Source of the DNA: Botryllus schlosseri
Lineage: Eukaryota
Length of the DNA: 64,000 nucleotides
Assembly (NCBI GenBank): GCA_051294905.1
Contig: CM119373.1
Location: 4,218,001-4,282,000, forward strand
Direction: 5' to 3'
The position numbers were made by a program, and so were the translations under genes. Numbering within the stretch: the stretch's first letter is position 1; every line of letters begins with the position of its first letter. Shown in pieces: positions 12,449 to 25,487 of this stretch. The notes below the pieces were generated by a model. It saw nothing but the letters and a program-made list of their open reading frames with translations. It ran no database searches and was not told the DNA's origin.

Positions 12449-13148
12449 CAGTGCTGGCCAACCTTTTCGGTCAAAGGGCAACATTCAATTGCCGAAGAAT
12501 TGCGCGGTTCACTAGCCGCGCCAAGCGTGAAAATTTTCGGAGTTTATAGCTCAATAATATTATTACTTGAGTATATTGCGGGTCTGCTGCGTATCGCTAT
12601 GGGCTCAGTTTGCAAGGAGGGGGCTATTCGGCGCCTGGAGATATCGATATCAAAAGCTTCGGCCAACATGCGTCAATCATTTTGAGCCCAGGTTTCATCG
12701 TTGACGGTCTTTCTGCGGACGCAAACAAAAGGTCGCATTCTGGACGACACATTCTCTTGTAATTGCGAATATAGTTTGACTCAATCTGGTACATCAGGCG
12801 TTCTTTCATTCTCAGGAGGGGTAACAATATTAAAAGCAAAAATCGAGTGACAACATATAGCGGGAAGCGGGAAGAAATTTTTTACTTTAGCTTAATCTAC
12901 CGCAGAATATTCTGCTTTATTGTAATGTACGAAGCCCTACCAAAAATATGACTGACCCATGGATCTGCCAATGCGTTAGAACTGATATTTTAGTCGTTAC
13001 ATCCCAAGTATTGCGGCCAGACTAGTCAAATTTGGGTTGGCCTTGCAAGTTCACATTCTCGGCAATCCATTTTGATAATATTACTCATTTCGAAAATTAG
13101 CCTACCTCGCGGGTAACTCGAAACCTTGTCGCGGGTTGGCCGCCCCTG
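12449..13148. mobile_element. Non-autonomous hAT-type element
   Basis: TIRs cagtgctggccaacc / ggttggccgcccctg; 8-bp TSD ttataggt/tcataggt. Confidence 0.8.
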
Positions 13149-13498
13149 TCATAGGTAAAATCGCCTAGTATGGCGTCATATACCTATACCAGCAAATATG
13201 GTATCGCCAAGTACGGTAGACGAATCTTACACCAATAAAGATTGTTCCTTATTAGCACGGTTTGGCAGTAGCACAAATTTCCAATCCACCCTCGTAAATT
13301 CTAAATCGAGATTTGAATCCGACTTGCGATACCGTGGTAATTTCATATCCCGAATTGATGAAATTTAATTTCTCGTATCACAGTCGGACTAAGTCTCTAC
13401 TAAAGTACTGAGGCCGGCTCCTATTGCCGACCATACATGAACGAAGCTGTGATTACCACTCTCGCTTAAAATCGCGACTCCCAATACATGGTATATAT

Positions 13499-14427
13499 CA
13501 GTGGTCGGGAACCTTTGTTGTCCGAAGAGCCATATTTGCCCTATTTTTCAATCTCAACTCCCAAAGTGCCATACTTGCCAATCAACCGTTACGTCACAAT
13601 TGAAAATCATGACGTCATGATAGCACTAATTCGAACTCACTACATGGGATTCCTCGTGTGCGCCTTATTTTCATGTAAAAGCTGGTATTTATTGTACGAA
13701 AATAAAGCTCGCAACGACAGATAAGGCATAAAACGGGCCAGGCCTCGCCATTGATAACGCAATTCATCGTAACTAGCGTAGAATTTATTATAACTGATAT
13801 CAATCGAATGTGACTGTCACTGATTCTGAAAATCTAAATACTTATCGACTTCTCAATTCTCAAAGTATTCGGCGGTAACATAACGTTGCGCTACACGCCT
13901 ACATTTTATCGCCGGTACTACACAGATCTATACTTACCAATGAAAAATGTGATTATGAATAGCTATGACGTTGTTTGATATTCGAGTTTGTGACTGTGAC
14001 ATCCACAGCAGTTAATTTCGCGCCGTAGATCAGGAAAACGATGCGTATTTGTAAACTGCGTTTTGAAATGGGCGTCGTCATGTATGCTATGCTCTTTGAT
14101 TAGTCAACGTATGGCACAGTTCAAGGTTTCGAGTCGGGTGAATAGAATTCGCGAGTGATATTGACCGCCGGCATGACAGTAACTTAAATTTGATGATTTT
14201 GCAAAGAGAGGGTCCGAGCCCCTAAACCTGAAGACGACATTGTCTTTACCTCTCCAAGATATGTTTATACTGCCACGAGAATAATTATATTGGTCATGAT
14301 GAAAATTTACCAACAAATCGCTGCAATAATGATCAATTCAGTACAAAAATAAATATTTGTCAAAGAGCCATATTTTATACCCAAAAAAGCCATACATGGC
14401 TCGCGAGCCATAGGTTCCAGACCACTG
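13499..14427. mobile_element. Non-autonomous hAT-type element
   Basis: TIRs cagtggtcgggaacct / aggttccagaccactg; perfect 8-bp TSD gtatatat. Confidence 0.88.
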
Positions 14428-15399
14428 GTATATATACTCAGAAATTACTGGAATGTCGGAAAAATTTGGCTGGAACTCAGTCTCTCGAATCCATTAGTTC
14501 TAACTGCTAGTACAACTGCTCTCTGCAGCTAAACTGAAATGAGCTATGAAACGTTATCTCAGTGTCACAGGTACCGATCTTTCAAATTATCAGCTATCAG
14601 TCACACATATTATGCTTCTTGACCATAAAAGATTCTAAATCTGGTGACGCACGTATATATTTAAAATATGTAATATTGCTGTTTAGTTTGGCGTGCATCA
14701 ACCAATCACTGTAGTATTCGAGTCGTCATTTCTTCGCAATTAACTCTAAAACTGGTCCTAATGGCGCCACGATAACAGCCACGCATATTGTGACGTATCA
14801 AGTAGAAAATTTTTCAGACAAAACCTTTCATACGGAAAAAATTTTATTGACAAATTCACGGAAAATCAGACTTGTGAAACCGATCTCGGTAAATTAGTAA
14901 ATAATGCCAAATAGTATAGTTAAAATCGGAATGGATCGTGATAGAAAATTGCAATGCTACAGAAGCATCAATGTCATAAGGAGACCACCAATAACACCCC
15001 TGTTGTTCTTGAAACTGAATAAAGTTCATGAATAAGATCAATTACCTCGACAGTTTGTCTATAATTTGTTGAAGAGATATTGCTCTAGTTTTTTTGTTAA
15101 TTATAAGTAAAGCGTTTTTGTTTGACCTGAAAAAAGGAAGATTTCGACCAGAAAAATTGAAATTCAACATTTTTTGAGAATAAAAACTTAATGTTGACAT
15201 AAGTGTGCCCTTATGTAAATCGATTAGGTGTTTCCGCACATAATGTTAGAATTGAAAGTGAAAAGTAAAAAGAAAACATAAAATGACAATAAAAGATGAA
15301 AATGTAATGTGACGGCATGCGAGGTCTTTATATCAGATCCTTGTCCAGTATCCTCGATAGCTGACTAAATCACATTGCAGCAGTAAGAATACTTTATGG

Positions 15400-16196
15400 C
15401 AGTGGTTCTCAACCATTGGTCCACGGACCTCTCGGTGTCCGTGGAACATTTTCAGGGGGTCCGCAAACACTCCAAATTTCCCAAAATGGTTGTTAAACCT
15501 AATTTGTATTTTTCTAAATTAGAGAAATCACGAGGTAGTATCGCTCCGTAACTGCTAAAACTTCGAGACCCACATAAACAGAATGGCCATCTGAGATGAA
15601 ATATTCTACTGTGCAAACTTAGTGTAATTTCGAATAGCCTAAACATATCGCTGTTTCGAAAGGCTTTGTTGGGTTGGAAAAATCCACTTTTTACTGTGAT
15701 ATAGGCCTACATAACCGATATTCCGGAATAACTTCAAGATGAGCTGCTAGACGTTAGGCTGGACGTTATATGTTCATTAAAAATATGTTTCCTAATTATG
15801 GAGCCATAACTGTTGCGACCTGCGATCATCCCCGAAGGTGTCGTCGGAAGCGGTAAGCGTTATTATTACATTCGCCATCATCTTTGTGGAAATGGATGTT
15901 CGGCAATCCTTCATATCAAATAGAAGGCGTGGATTTTTGAGACTTGACCGTGTATTTCAAGAAATGCAGCTACAAAATTCCCTTTGAAATAATAAAAGTC
16001 GTCGAAATGTCTACATAAATAGCGTGATGGTAATTTCAAGAATAGTCATTTTATCGCTGTTCATCACTGCCTTACAGTTGAGATTCACATAAGACAGATA
16101 ACGGTTGTACGATAATGGAGCTAAATTTGTACAAAGATTTAGGGGGTCCACGGGGGTCCGTATCGGTGCAAAAGGGGTCCGCGAAGACAACCGCTG
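15400..16196 (+). mobile_element. hAT (Charlie-like) deletion derivative with a decayed transposase C-terminal fragment
   Basis: cagtggttctcaacc...caaccgctg with perfect TSD ctttatgg. ~15880-15925 reads LCGNGCSAILHIK, resembling the hAT motif LCExGFSxL..IK. Shares sequence with 26470-26640 (inverted). Confidence 0.8.
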
Positions 16197-16455
16197 CTTT
16201 ATGGTATACCTGTAGTAAACAAGGTAGTTGGCCGATATATATTATAGGATTAGCCTTGCTGGCTACGTAACCTGGAAGTCCAATTCAAGGTGACAGAGTC
16301 AACTACAACATGTATTATCATTATACAAGGGAAATCATATATGATGAAATTGTCACTGAACGGATTTCGGAAAGCCCTGCTTCAAAATCCGATTCTTAGC
16401 ATTGTTCCGCTGGTTTACGATTAACTTCCTTTTACGCGTACATTGCTTCATTGTT

Positions 16456-17082
16456 TTAATAAGTTGATAAGTTGCCAATTACGATTGAATTCGACTTGTT
16501 GAAAATGACAATCGAATCGTTGGCGCAACTGTAGCTTGATCGATGTAAGATATCAATTTCGGAGGAATTAAGAGCTCTGTTCCAAAGCCGAAATCCTTCT
16601 ATGTCACCCCGAAAACCTTGATGAGGATTTTTGGGTTTAATGGACCAGTTCGTGCCTTTATCCTGATTCAAATTCTGTCCCAAGATAAGATCTCCGCCTC
16701 CAGGTATTACATGCTGGGAAATGTTGACGCTGTTTACGGTAGCGTTGATGTACACGCTCATGAATGTGTCTGATTTCACGACGCACTAATGTGTGCGATA
16801 CCGTGAGCAGTAATTACTGAAACTTCCTTGCACGGCTACGAGACGCGAGTTTACACTGATTTTAGTTCCGCTTTGCGGTGCCAATACGACGAAGGTGTTG
16901 CAGTTCTTCGGTCGGACTTGTAATGCTCACAATCGCTTGCTCTTTTGCGAATGATTGATTCGACTTTCGCACCCAGACACATGTCGTGAAGGATGTAATA
17001 GCTGGCCCTGGCAATGTGCCGTTACATTTTACGTAATGCATATGTTCCTCGTACGGAAAGCTAAAGCCAGATTCGTCGCACG
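16456..17082 (-). pseudogene. Terminal exon encoding a pentraxin (CRP/PTX-like) domain, disrupted by a frameshift (~16905) and an in-frame TAG (16786-16788)
   Basis: Acceptor ttccttcctggtttcag. Translation: CDESGFSFP...SFTTCVWVR...AIVS; H*CVV (pentraxin HxCxTW position); VIPGGGDLILGQ; FRGDIEGFRLWNRALNSSEI. The two ORF halves differ in frame. Confidence 0.85.
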
Positions 17083-17607
17083 CTGAAACCAGGAAGGAAA
17101 TGTCTATCGATTCACTCATCTCATGTCACGGTATAGCCGAAGAAAAATATTCCAACCCGGTAATATTTATTTCTCACTCGGCATTGGCATGACCTCTTCC
17201 CCTATGAAAATTATAAGCCCTATGGAATGAGAAAGGATTTTGATATCTATTAAATAGGGCTTAAACCTTGTGTGTCAACAATTTAGAAATTTTCAGCGCC
17301 AATACAATGTACTGGACCGCCCGCCTGATACTGGAACTGGAATTATCATGAAATTCGTGTATTCTTGGCGATGACCTAATATGATGTATTTACAGGTTCA
17401 GTTCAGCGCTGCCCCAAAGAGATCATTGGTCACCGGTCTGCAAATATACCAATAGATTAATAACTCAAGTCAGATTTCGGCATTTAGCCATCGACTTTTC
17501 ATATACCTTATTTTAATATAGTAATTTAGCTAAATATAATTCAACGGGTAATAATATAAAGCTATAGCTTGATGATAATAGCGGATAAACGGCGAAGCTA
17601 TTCTTAC

Positions 17608-17688
17608 TTGAGTGTTTAGTTTCCAGACCATTCGTTGTCATGGCGATATCAGGCATGTCGAAAGCGATCTTGTCCAGTTGCTTTGTTG
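17608..17688 (-). CDS. Candidate internal exon of the pentraxin gene (TKQLDKIAFDMPDIAMTTNGLETKHS)
   Basis: ag...gtaaga boundaries, 81 bp, phase 1 to phase 1, in frame with the exons on both sides. Confidence 0.5.
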
Positions 17689-17868
17689 CTTGAAAATCGC
17701 AATATAAAATCGAAATTTCAATTATCTAATTCAACATCAACAGTTATATTATTTATGCTACGTATGCCTGCGACTATGCAGCTTCTTGATGAAATTTGTA
17801 CAATTTTCTGGCATTCTGCCGTAAAATCAAAGCTTCTAGTGAAATAAAGTACTCTATCGATGCTCTAC

Positions 17869-17944
17869 CTGACGGTCGCTGACTTGCTTTGTTGGCAACC
17901 CGTTTCTTCAAGTCGGCCAGGATATCATTAATTCTACTGTCACC
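17869..17944 (-). CDS. Candidate internal exon of the pentraxin gene (GDSRINDILADLKKRVANKASQRPS), coiled-coil-like
   Basis: Acceptor gctttttcag, donor gtagag, 76 bp, phase 0 to phase 1. Confidence 0.55.
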
Positions 17945-18298
17945 CTGAAAAAGCACATTTAATATTTCGATTGCCCTCCTTTCGATGTAAGCTACTCATA
18001 TACGATAGACGCTGTGCAGCTATAAGATTCAAAACTACCTATACCTAAATGTATATACCATGGGTGGGCAAAGTGCGGCTTTTTCGGCCTCGATTGTGGC
18101 TCTTAAATGATCACACATGCGCTTCACGATTTTGCTAGAGATGATCACCCTAATCTTAAATTGATGCATTTTATCGCGTATAAACAATATGTGTATTGTT
18201 TTCGTGATGATTTACGCAGAACTCGTAAAATCTTTGGGATGGTGGCATTACATGGTTAGAAATGAGCAATTGAACTCTCGAATCGAGTTCATATAAAC

Positions 18299-20246
18299 CA
18301 GTGGTTCTTAACCTTTTTTCATCCAGTGCCCCCTTTCGAAAATTTTCGAGCTCCAGCGCCCCCCACTTCATATTGTAGGGACTGTAATAATGACAATGGG
18401 TGAGAGGGAGGGCCGTAACAGCACTTCGTCAGCCTCCCTAAAAACGATTGTCCTAGGCACCCATAGCGTGATAAACCAAACTCATGAGGCTTCGCCCCCC
18501 AAGAACCCCGTCGCGTGATTTCGAGGGTCATCATCTTTACGTGGCCTGGTCGACCTAGGAGCCAATATTTTCTATAACGCACGGATGAAATAGGTTTTAA
18601 ATGCATATATATGTCTGTATAAACTTTTTATCCTCCCAGCCCACGTAATCAGATTTACCAGTAGCGCTGAATGAACTGTTGTATTAGAAAATGAAGGCCA
18701 CGCAATAAATAATTGAACATATTCGGGCGTACCCGTTGGTACAATTAAACTGTTACATGTTATTTTGTTACCTCTCGTCAGCTATAGGTAAAAGATATTG
18801 AAACGCATAAACGTCTTGAACTAAAGTAAGCACACGATTCACGATTGGTATTTTGTCACTGGCAAATCATTTTTTCTGATGGATGTAATTTGTCCTATTG
18901 GGTGCAGATTGCGACGACATGATAATTCGGCACGAGCGATTTAGCACCTATGGAGAACGAGACTTATATACATCGAAGTTTACGCTCACCATAAGGGCAA
19001 TGCTCTTCGGCTAAGGTTTTCTCGCTGGAGATCTTTTTGACACACTTCTCGGAGTCCCATATTCACCGGAACTTCATGTCTTCGTGCATCGAGGCGTGGT
19101 AATGCCCGGCGCCGAAATGCCTCTTTCTATTTGCTATAACTATGCTTATTCTTCCGTGGGGGAGTCGTCAAAACATGATGTTTAAATTATTTTCATTCCC
19201 GAAATAATTTAGGGCACCCTTCGAGCTAACCGATTGGGGGTTTGGGTTGCAGCAGTTTTGGTCTTGGTAAGATGTCAAAGTTCAGTCGGTCTTTTTGGGA
19301 CTTTGGTATTGGAAATATTCCGCGCTCTAATCGCGCTCGAGGACCAGTCGTCTATAATAAACCGTATAATAATTATGTGTGGTGTATTCAGGGTCAAATC
19401 CAGGTTGTTATAACAACAATCGGGTACGGTCTCATACCCTGTGGCTCGAACCCTCCCGAATTAACATCGGCGATTGGCAATACGGGGGAAATTAAGGGTA
19501 TTGGATTTTATCTTAGTGCTTTGTGTAACTATAACTAAGTCAACTAAGACTGGGATGCATATATCTGCTCTCAATGAATTTAGTACTGTATACCCAGTTA
19601 TTAATTTTACCATGAATGTATTCCAAACAAAGCAACTCATATTATGTAACGTTCATGTGAGGTTGTGAACAACAACACGAGATAGTATCATCCTTTATGA
19701 TACGATGAAGAAATATTCTGATGATTTAATTTTGTAGCTCTCAAACCTATTTCATGTACAAGGGGCTGTCACTATCAAAAGTGACATACAGTGCCTCCTT
19801 CTTCGATTTTCACACGCTGTGCGCTACGGGATATAATACCTAATGCGAAACATTTTGTTGAAAATAACCCTAGCAGGCGTTACGGCAGTGTTTTAACATA
19901 ACGGGAATTTGGCGATCTAAAAGTACGCGCAATTCGTTTTATAATAATTATTATAACCCATTATAGTCCACTACATTTATGAAAACATATGTAGCAAACA
20001 TCGTCACGTAGCGCAACCACAAATTTCGGTATTTGACATGTTTTGTGGAACGTTAAATTGTTCTGAATACTCATTAAGGATATGTCATACTACCACATCA
20101 TCTACGGCGGAGCCATTTTTCTTCAGCGCCTCCTTATCGCCCCCCTGAGCCTAGCACCCCCCATATCGCCCCCTGAGCGTTTCCGCCCCCTTCAAAATCG
20201 CCAGCGCCCCTTGTGGGGGCGCTGGTGGCAAGGTTAAAAACCACTG
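18299..20246. mobile_element. hAT-type element containing a nested element at ~18408-19266
   Basis: TIRs cagtggttcttaacctt / aaggttaaaaaccactg; perfect TSD atataaac. The inner element is homologous to 51781-53046 (gggccgtaacagcacttcgtcag start) with TSD gtgagagg/gtaagatg. Confidence 0.88.
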
Positions 20247-21872
20247 ATATAAACGTTTCACCGGCTACAATGGATGTCTGGTCATCAATCAATCAATAAT
20301 AAATCATTGTGTTCAACAATCGACTTGATTATTAATTACGCCAGCGCAGGTCACAATCACTTCCCGACTAGCAATGGTGGATACAGCTATTCCGTTTGTA
20401 TTGTAAAGGGCTAATTCCATTATAATTTAACAGGGGCTGTAATGCATACCCTCAGAATTGTCCAATATTTACAAATGTTATTCTTTTTTGAATTCCAAGT
20501 TTATTAAAAAAAAAAATTGAAAAATGTTCAGCGGTTCAAAAGATATTGCGATTTAAAATCCTCTCGTCACTAGGTGGCGCTACTTTCAAAAATCTTTGAA
20601 ATCGATATTTTCCGCTCAAATGATGGTAGAGAACCAATCAAAATGTCCAATTAACCAATTCTGGGGCCAAGGAATTCAATAAAACCAACTGTTTCGCCCT
20701 AAAATCAATGAAAAAAAGTTACGGATGAAAGAAAAAATGGTGGGACGGGCTTGAAAATGTCTGTAGGATACGGCCTACACAAAAAAAATTATTGTGAAAT
20801 GTGCTTTTAAGGAGTATGGTTGATAAAAAGCTTGATTTTAAATTTCCCATTTATTCCACCGTGAAATATGCATTACATAAAAATTTCATGGTCCCGACCC
20901 ATATCCCTGCTCACCGTAAATACTATTATCACCAGTCAGATATATCAATCCAATGTAAATGTTTCTTTTAGTCTACTACGTTTGGGATACAACAATATCT
21001 TTTGATTATATCACAGACCGGAGGTCACGAATTAACAACATACACTAAAGGAAAACAGGATACCAGACGTTATAATTTTGAATTACGTGCCCCCCAGCTC
21101 TACAGGTAAATCTGAACATCGGGGTAGAGAAAGGATTAAAAATTAATAATAATAAAATGCGATTACCAATATTATTGACGAGACTCAAACTTCAACTTGA
21201 AAATATCACCCTATGAGGGCCAAAGACCAACGTTTGGACTGGGGGACGAGTTGCTGTTTTGGCCCTGAGTCTAGCTACAACCTCCGCTAACATGATATAT
21301 ATTATATAAGCCCATGGCTATGACGGCAGGTCCCAATGTTGAGTAAAGAATTGTGAAATGAGGATTGGCGCCCGTTTCAAGAAGAGTCATATGAGAATAA
21401 GATTTTCATTCATAAAATTCTGCATTCAACTTAATACAGATAATGCACTGCAAGCTGCCGTTACGAGAAACGGCAAAAACGGCTCGGTTATGATGCAGCT
21501 GTTGATTTTCAATGCTTCGTTGTGGAAACCGTAATATTTTATTTGACGAGTACAAAATTTCAAATCTTTGTTCTGTGTACGTACGTATACTAGATAGGCT
21601 TACCGCTCGCCAAGCAGCATCGGTCAAACTGCGTTTAACTATATTACTATAAGCATAACCAAACATCAATACACAAGTTACTATTTTAAACTAGGCAGAG
21701 TGGTGATTAATTATCCTGCTGCGAGGTACTGGCGTGTGAAACGTTTTGATAACCTGATATACAGTACGGCGGGTGTTCTTACGATCACACTAATGTACGA
21801 ACATCGGATATATCTATTTGCTGCGGATACTTCTTACGCAATGACTAGCAAAGCTAATAGGCTACTTCTGAC

Positions 21873-23132
21873 TAGGGTTAGTTCGGATATCAATAATTTT
21901 CACTATCCGGATAACGGATATATCCGGATATTTTGGAATTTATCTAACCGGTTAACCGGATAATAACTGCTAAGTGAGACAATCGATTTCATTACGTCTG
22001 CATGTAAAACGGATCGCAAAATCATTACACAGTGTTATTGTAGAGTACCTACCTATGCGCGCAGTATGAGTGAATACGAGAAAAACCACGCAAATTGAAT
22101 GTTCACTGCTTCTGCAATGCCCTCTTTATAAAGCACAGATGCATCAATTGTGGGATCCTGTAGCCGGGACCGGAATTTTGTAACAAAGAGTCCACGTTCA
22201 TTGAATGCTTTTTCAGCTTCCACAGAAGTGGGCTGAATAGAAAGCAGCGCTTCGTAGAGAGTCAAAAGGTTGGCAGGTCGTACGCCGGAAACTTCAACGG
22301 CTTTACATCCTTTTGACCATCCTTATGTATAGGTTTGGAGTACTAGAAGGACGACTAGCTGATACTGGAATTGATGCCGACATGATACCTCGCTCTAATT
22401 CACGTGATCAGGCACGCAGCCAGCCGAAAATGTAGGGGGATTGAAATAAACTCAGGGGGTTTCGATTTATTTTTTTCGAATTAATCATCAGTGGAAATCA
22501 ATTACGCTTGCACGCACGCACATTTTTGCGAACATTCGATGTCATTCAGTTTCGCGGTGTCACTCGCAGAATCACTAATTAGAATACATTTAACGAAATA
22601 TCGTCAACAAGCCATCGAGAGATAGGAGCCAATGCATGCTGGGTCCGAGATGGTTAGGCCAGCGATTATATCGTTCGTAGGCCTATTGCAGATGCGATTG
22701 TGTAGGTCAACGATAATATCGTGAGCACCAAGCCAATGAAGATGCAATTGTGCAGGCCAGCGATGGAATATAGTGTGTACACTGCACATGGCCTATTGCA
22801 GATGCGATTCTTCAATCCAGTGGAACTATCGGCTTGTTGAAGACGCGTTAAATCAGGCCAGAGACGATAGCCGAGCGCGCGGCAATCAATGACCTAATTT
22901 AACGATCTTCTCAGCAGGAGATCGCGTCACATTACATTGTGCAATGTGTACAGACGCATCTCGCTAATTGGCAACACGCTTCTCGTTAATCGGCCGCGCC
23001 AACACTGAATACGACTTATTGAAGCTTACTAAAACGTGTAAAATGCATTTGCAACGATTCTTTTTTATCCGGTTAACCGGCAGAAAAATATCCGGATATC
23101 AGATAGTGAAAATACCTGCGGTTGGAACTCTA
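21873..23132 (-). mobile_element. Decayed hAT element with transposase dimerisation-domain remnant (22053-22270)
   Basis: Minus-strand peptide LLSIQPTSVEAEKAF...FVTKFRSRLQDPTID matches the hAT C-terminal motif. Inverted subterminal motifs (atccggata, taaccggtta) at both ends. No clear TSD. Confidence 0.72.
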
Positions 23133-24041
23133 CCGCATCCTCTTCAGTACAATCCTTAAAATATGGGGGCGTGTCAGATCATGAAAATTTCGAAACTGGG
23201 ACGCTGAAAGAAAAAAGGTTAAAAACCACCGGTCTAGTGGATTCGTTTATTGACTACATTCATTTTACTCAGGAGCTTGTTTAGACTCAAGTACTTAATT
23301 TTACTCTTTCAAGTTTTTAACGTAGTTTCATGATATTTTCGACCACGTATATTAGTGAAATTATTTTATCGACAGGTCGAAATAGTCACTTTATTACCGC
23401 TACTAAATATATATTTTGAAAACAGCAAGAATTTGTAGTTTCATCCGTCCGTTTGCAAAAATAGCGTAACCTACCTTGCAATTTCATATATTGCCACACC
23501 TTGGATCACTACTGAAGGTAAGTAACGTCTCACGCAAATCTCCTTCTTTGAAGGAATAATTTTCATATTTATTTTTCCAATTTCACTTGAAGTAGTTCAG
23601 TCATTCATAGCGGTCGTGATTTCTATTTGACTTTACAAACAATGATTGCTTTGACCACGTATCGCTGACACATGCATGACTTCGTACAAGTGTTGCCGAG
23701 CATGCCAATTATCTCCCTCATTTAGGTTTATACCATTCGCATCATCTTTTGGAAGCCTTTGCCCCTGATTTCAACTATACTATACCTAAACGGCGACCAA
23801 GTCCAAAACACCTTGGTTTTGGATCTGTTTTCGTGCAGGTTCCGCAGCGGATAGGTGTTTTGGAATACCTTACCTTCCAACCTATGAAGGTAAATCTTAC
23901 ACAGGACTCTTGTACAGAATGGCTCCTGAATGCCATCCTTCCGGTTTCGTGTGTACCGAAATGGCGCGTGATCGTCGCGCCTTTTCCTGCCCCGAGTTTT
24001 ATTTGGTGTCATATCAGGTACCACAGACAGGCCGTACATAC

Positions 24042-24133
24042 GTTTTCTTGTACTGCACTGACAACCTCGAAAGGATTCTTCAAATTTGAATATTGCACAT
24101 TTGGATATTGTCCTGGATTACATAAAGTTACGC
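24042..24133 (-). CDS. Candidate upstream exon of the pentraxin gene (VTLCNPGQYPNVQYSNLKNPFEVVSAVQEN)
   Basis: Acceptor tgttacag, donor gtatgt, 92 bp, phase 1 to phase 0, compatible with the 17944 exon. Splice-signal evidence only. Confidence 0.4.
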
Positions 24134-24516
24134 CTGTAACATGTCTGGAACATTGTCGAAAGAGAGTACTAGTAAATAAGCCTAATCGATCTGATACTTG
24201 ATTTTTTTTTGATTCGTCATGCGTAGGGTGGCGGACGTCACGAAAATTCAATTGTGATGTCATAGTGAATTGAAATTGACAATTTAAAATATAGGGTAAA
24301 TATGGCTCCTTTGACGAAATATCTGTTCTATTGCTGTTGAACCGGCCATTTCGAGGGTTCTAGCCATCGCATATTGATATACGTCGGCTGTATCGGGTGG
24401 TAGTTGTCCGTAGGCTCATACAACATGTTTTTTTGGAAGTATTTACACAATTATGGCATAATTTTACAACTTGAAAAAAAAAACAGATTTTTTTTCAAAA
24501 TGCCTTTGTTTAAAAC

Positions 24517-24853
24517 AGTGGTTCCGAACTTGGGCGATATCGCCCCCAGGGGGCTATTAGGCGGCCTAGGGGACGAAATTAACGAAAAATGTAATTGGGG
24601 GGCAATGGCGCCTTAAAACGGTTAAATTTGAGTCAAGTCTGAGAAATGACCTTTTTTATATTTTTTAGTCCACTCACAAAATATAGCTGTAAAGGTGTAA
24701 TTTCGAGGTCGAGCCAAAATGTTGACCTTTTTTTTAGTCAACACGCTGGTGATTGTAGTTTGTATGCCCATTTTCGGTTCTCAATATTTTGGGGGCGATG
24801 ATCGGTGTGGAGCTTGAAAAGGGGGTAATGAGTCGAAAAAGGTTGGGAACATG
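24517..24853. mobile_element. Short hAT-type MITE
   Basis: cagtggttccgaactt ... aaggttgggaacatg termini with gggggcgat subterminal motifs; TSD degenerate. Confidence 0.65.
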
Positions 24854-24908
24854 TCTTAAACAAAGTGCTTTGGAACACGTTTGTTTTAAATGCAACCCTA
24901 GTTCTTAC

Positions 24909-24978
24909 ATCTAATTATTTTCAGAAAACCGATTGCTTCGGTAACAATACAACAACAAGGAAGGCAGTAACTCGTCAT
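24909..24978 (-). CDS. Possible first exon of the pentraxin gene (MTSYCLPCCCIVTEAIGFLKIIR)
   Basis: ATG at 24978, donor gtaaga, ends in phase 1 as the 24133 exon requires; only weakly signal-peptide-like. Confidence 0.25.
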
Positions 24979-25109
24979 TTAGGGTGTCTATGCGTCAAGT
25001 ATTCATCCAATATTCCCAAGGAAACGTATATGATTTCAATTCGCCTTTCGCGGCTACAGAGCATGTATTTCAAACCTATCTGCGTTACACATAAATATCT
25101 CACGTAACT

Positions 25110-25230
25110 GGGAAGCGATTAGCGCAATCTGCTAAGTGACACAGTCACGGCGCTAATGGTTCTTAGTTCAAGTCTCGGCTCTGCCATGTTTCCATGTGTC
25201 GGATGTTATCTGGGCTCCTCATTTCCGATC
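25110..25230 (+). mobile_element. tRNA-derived SINE remnant
   Basis: A-box-like tagcgcaatctg and B-box-like gttcaagtc, followed by gtgtcggatgttatctgggctcctc, which is shared with ~25980 and ~55840. Confidence 0.5.
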
Positions 25231-25487
25231 TCGCTGGATTAACAGTGTGTTGAAAAGCCTATTATCATATTAAACCACGCACTAATAAAGTTGGCAGTGA
25301 AAGCGCATGCAAGTGAAAGAGTGAAAGAGTAAATGCGCGTGATCAAATGCCGTCGAAGGAGAAAGCGAAAAAGATACCGCACTTCATGAGGTTGAAGATA
25401 CTAAACTGACAGTCAATGAAACTGAACTGTACAAATATCCATGTCGTGACGCACAAGTCCTAAATGGCGATAAGCGTCATTGTACTA

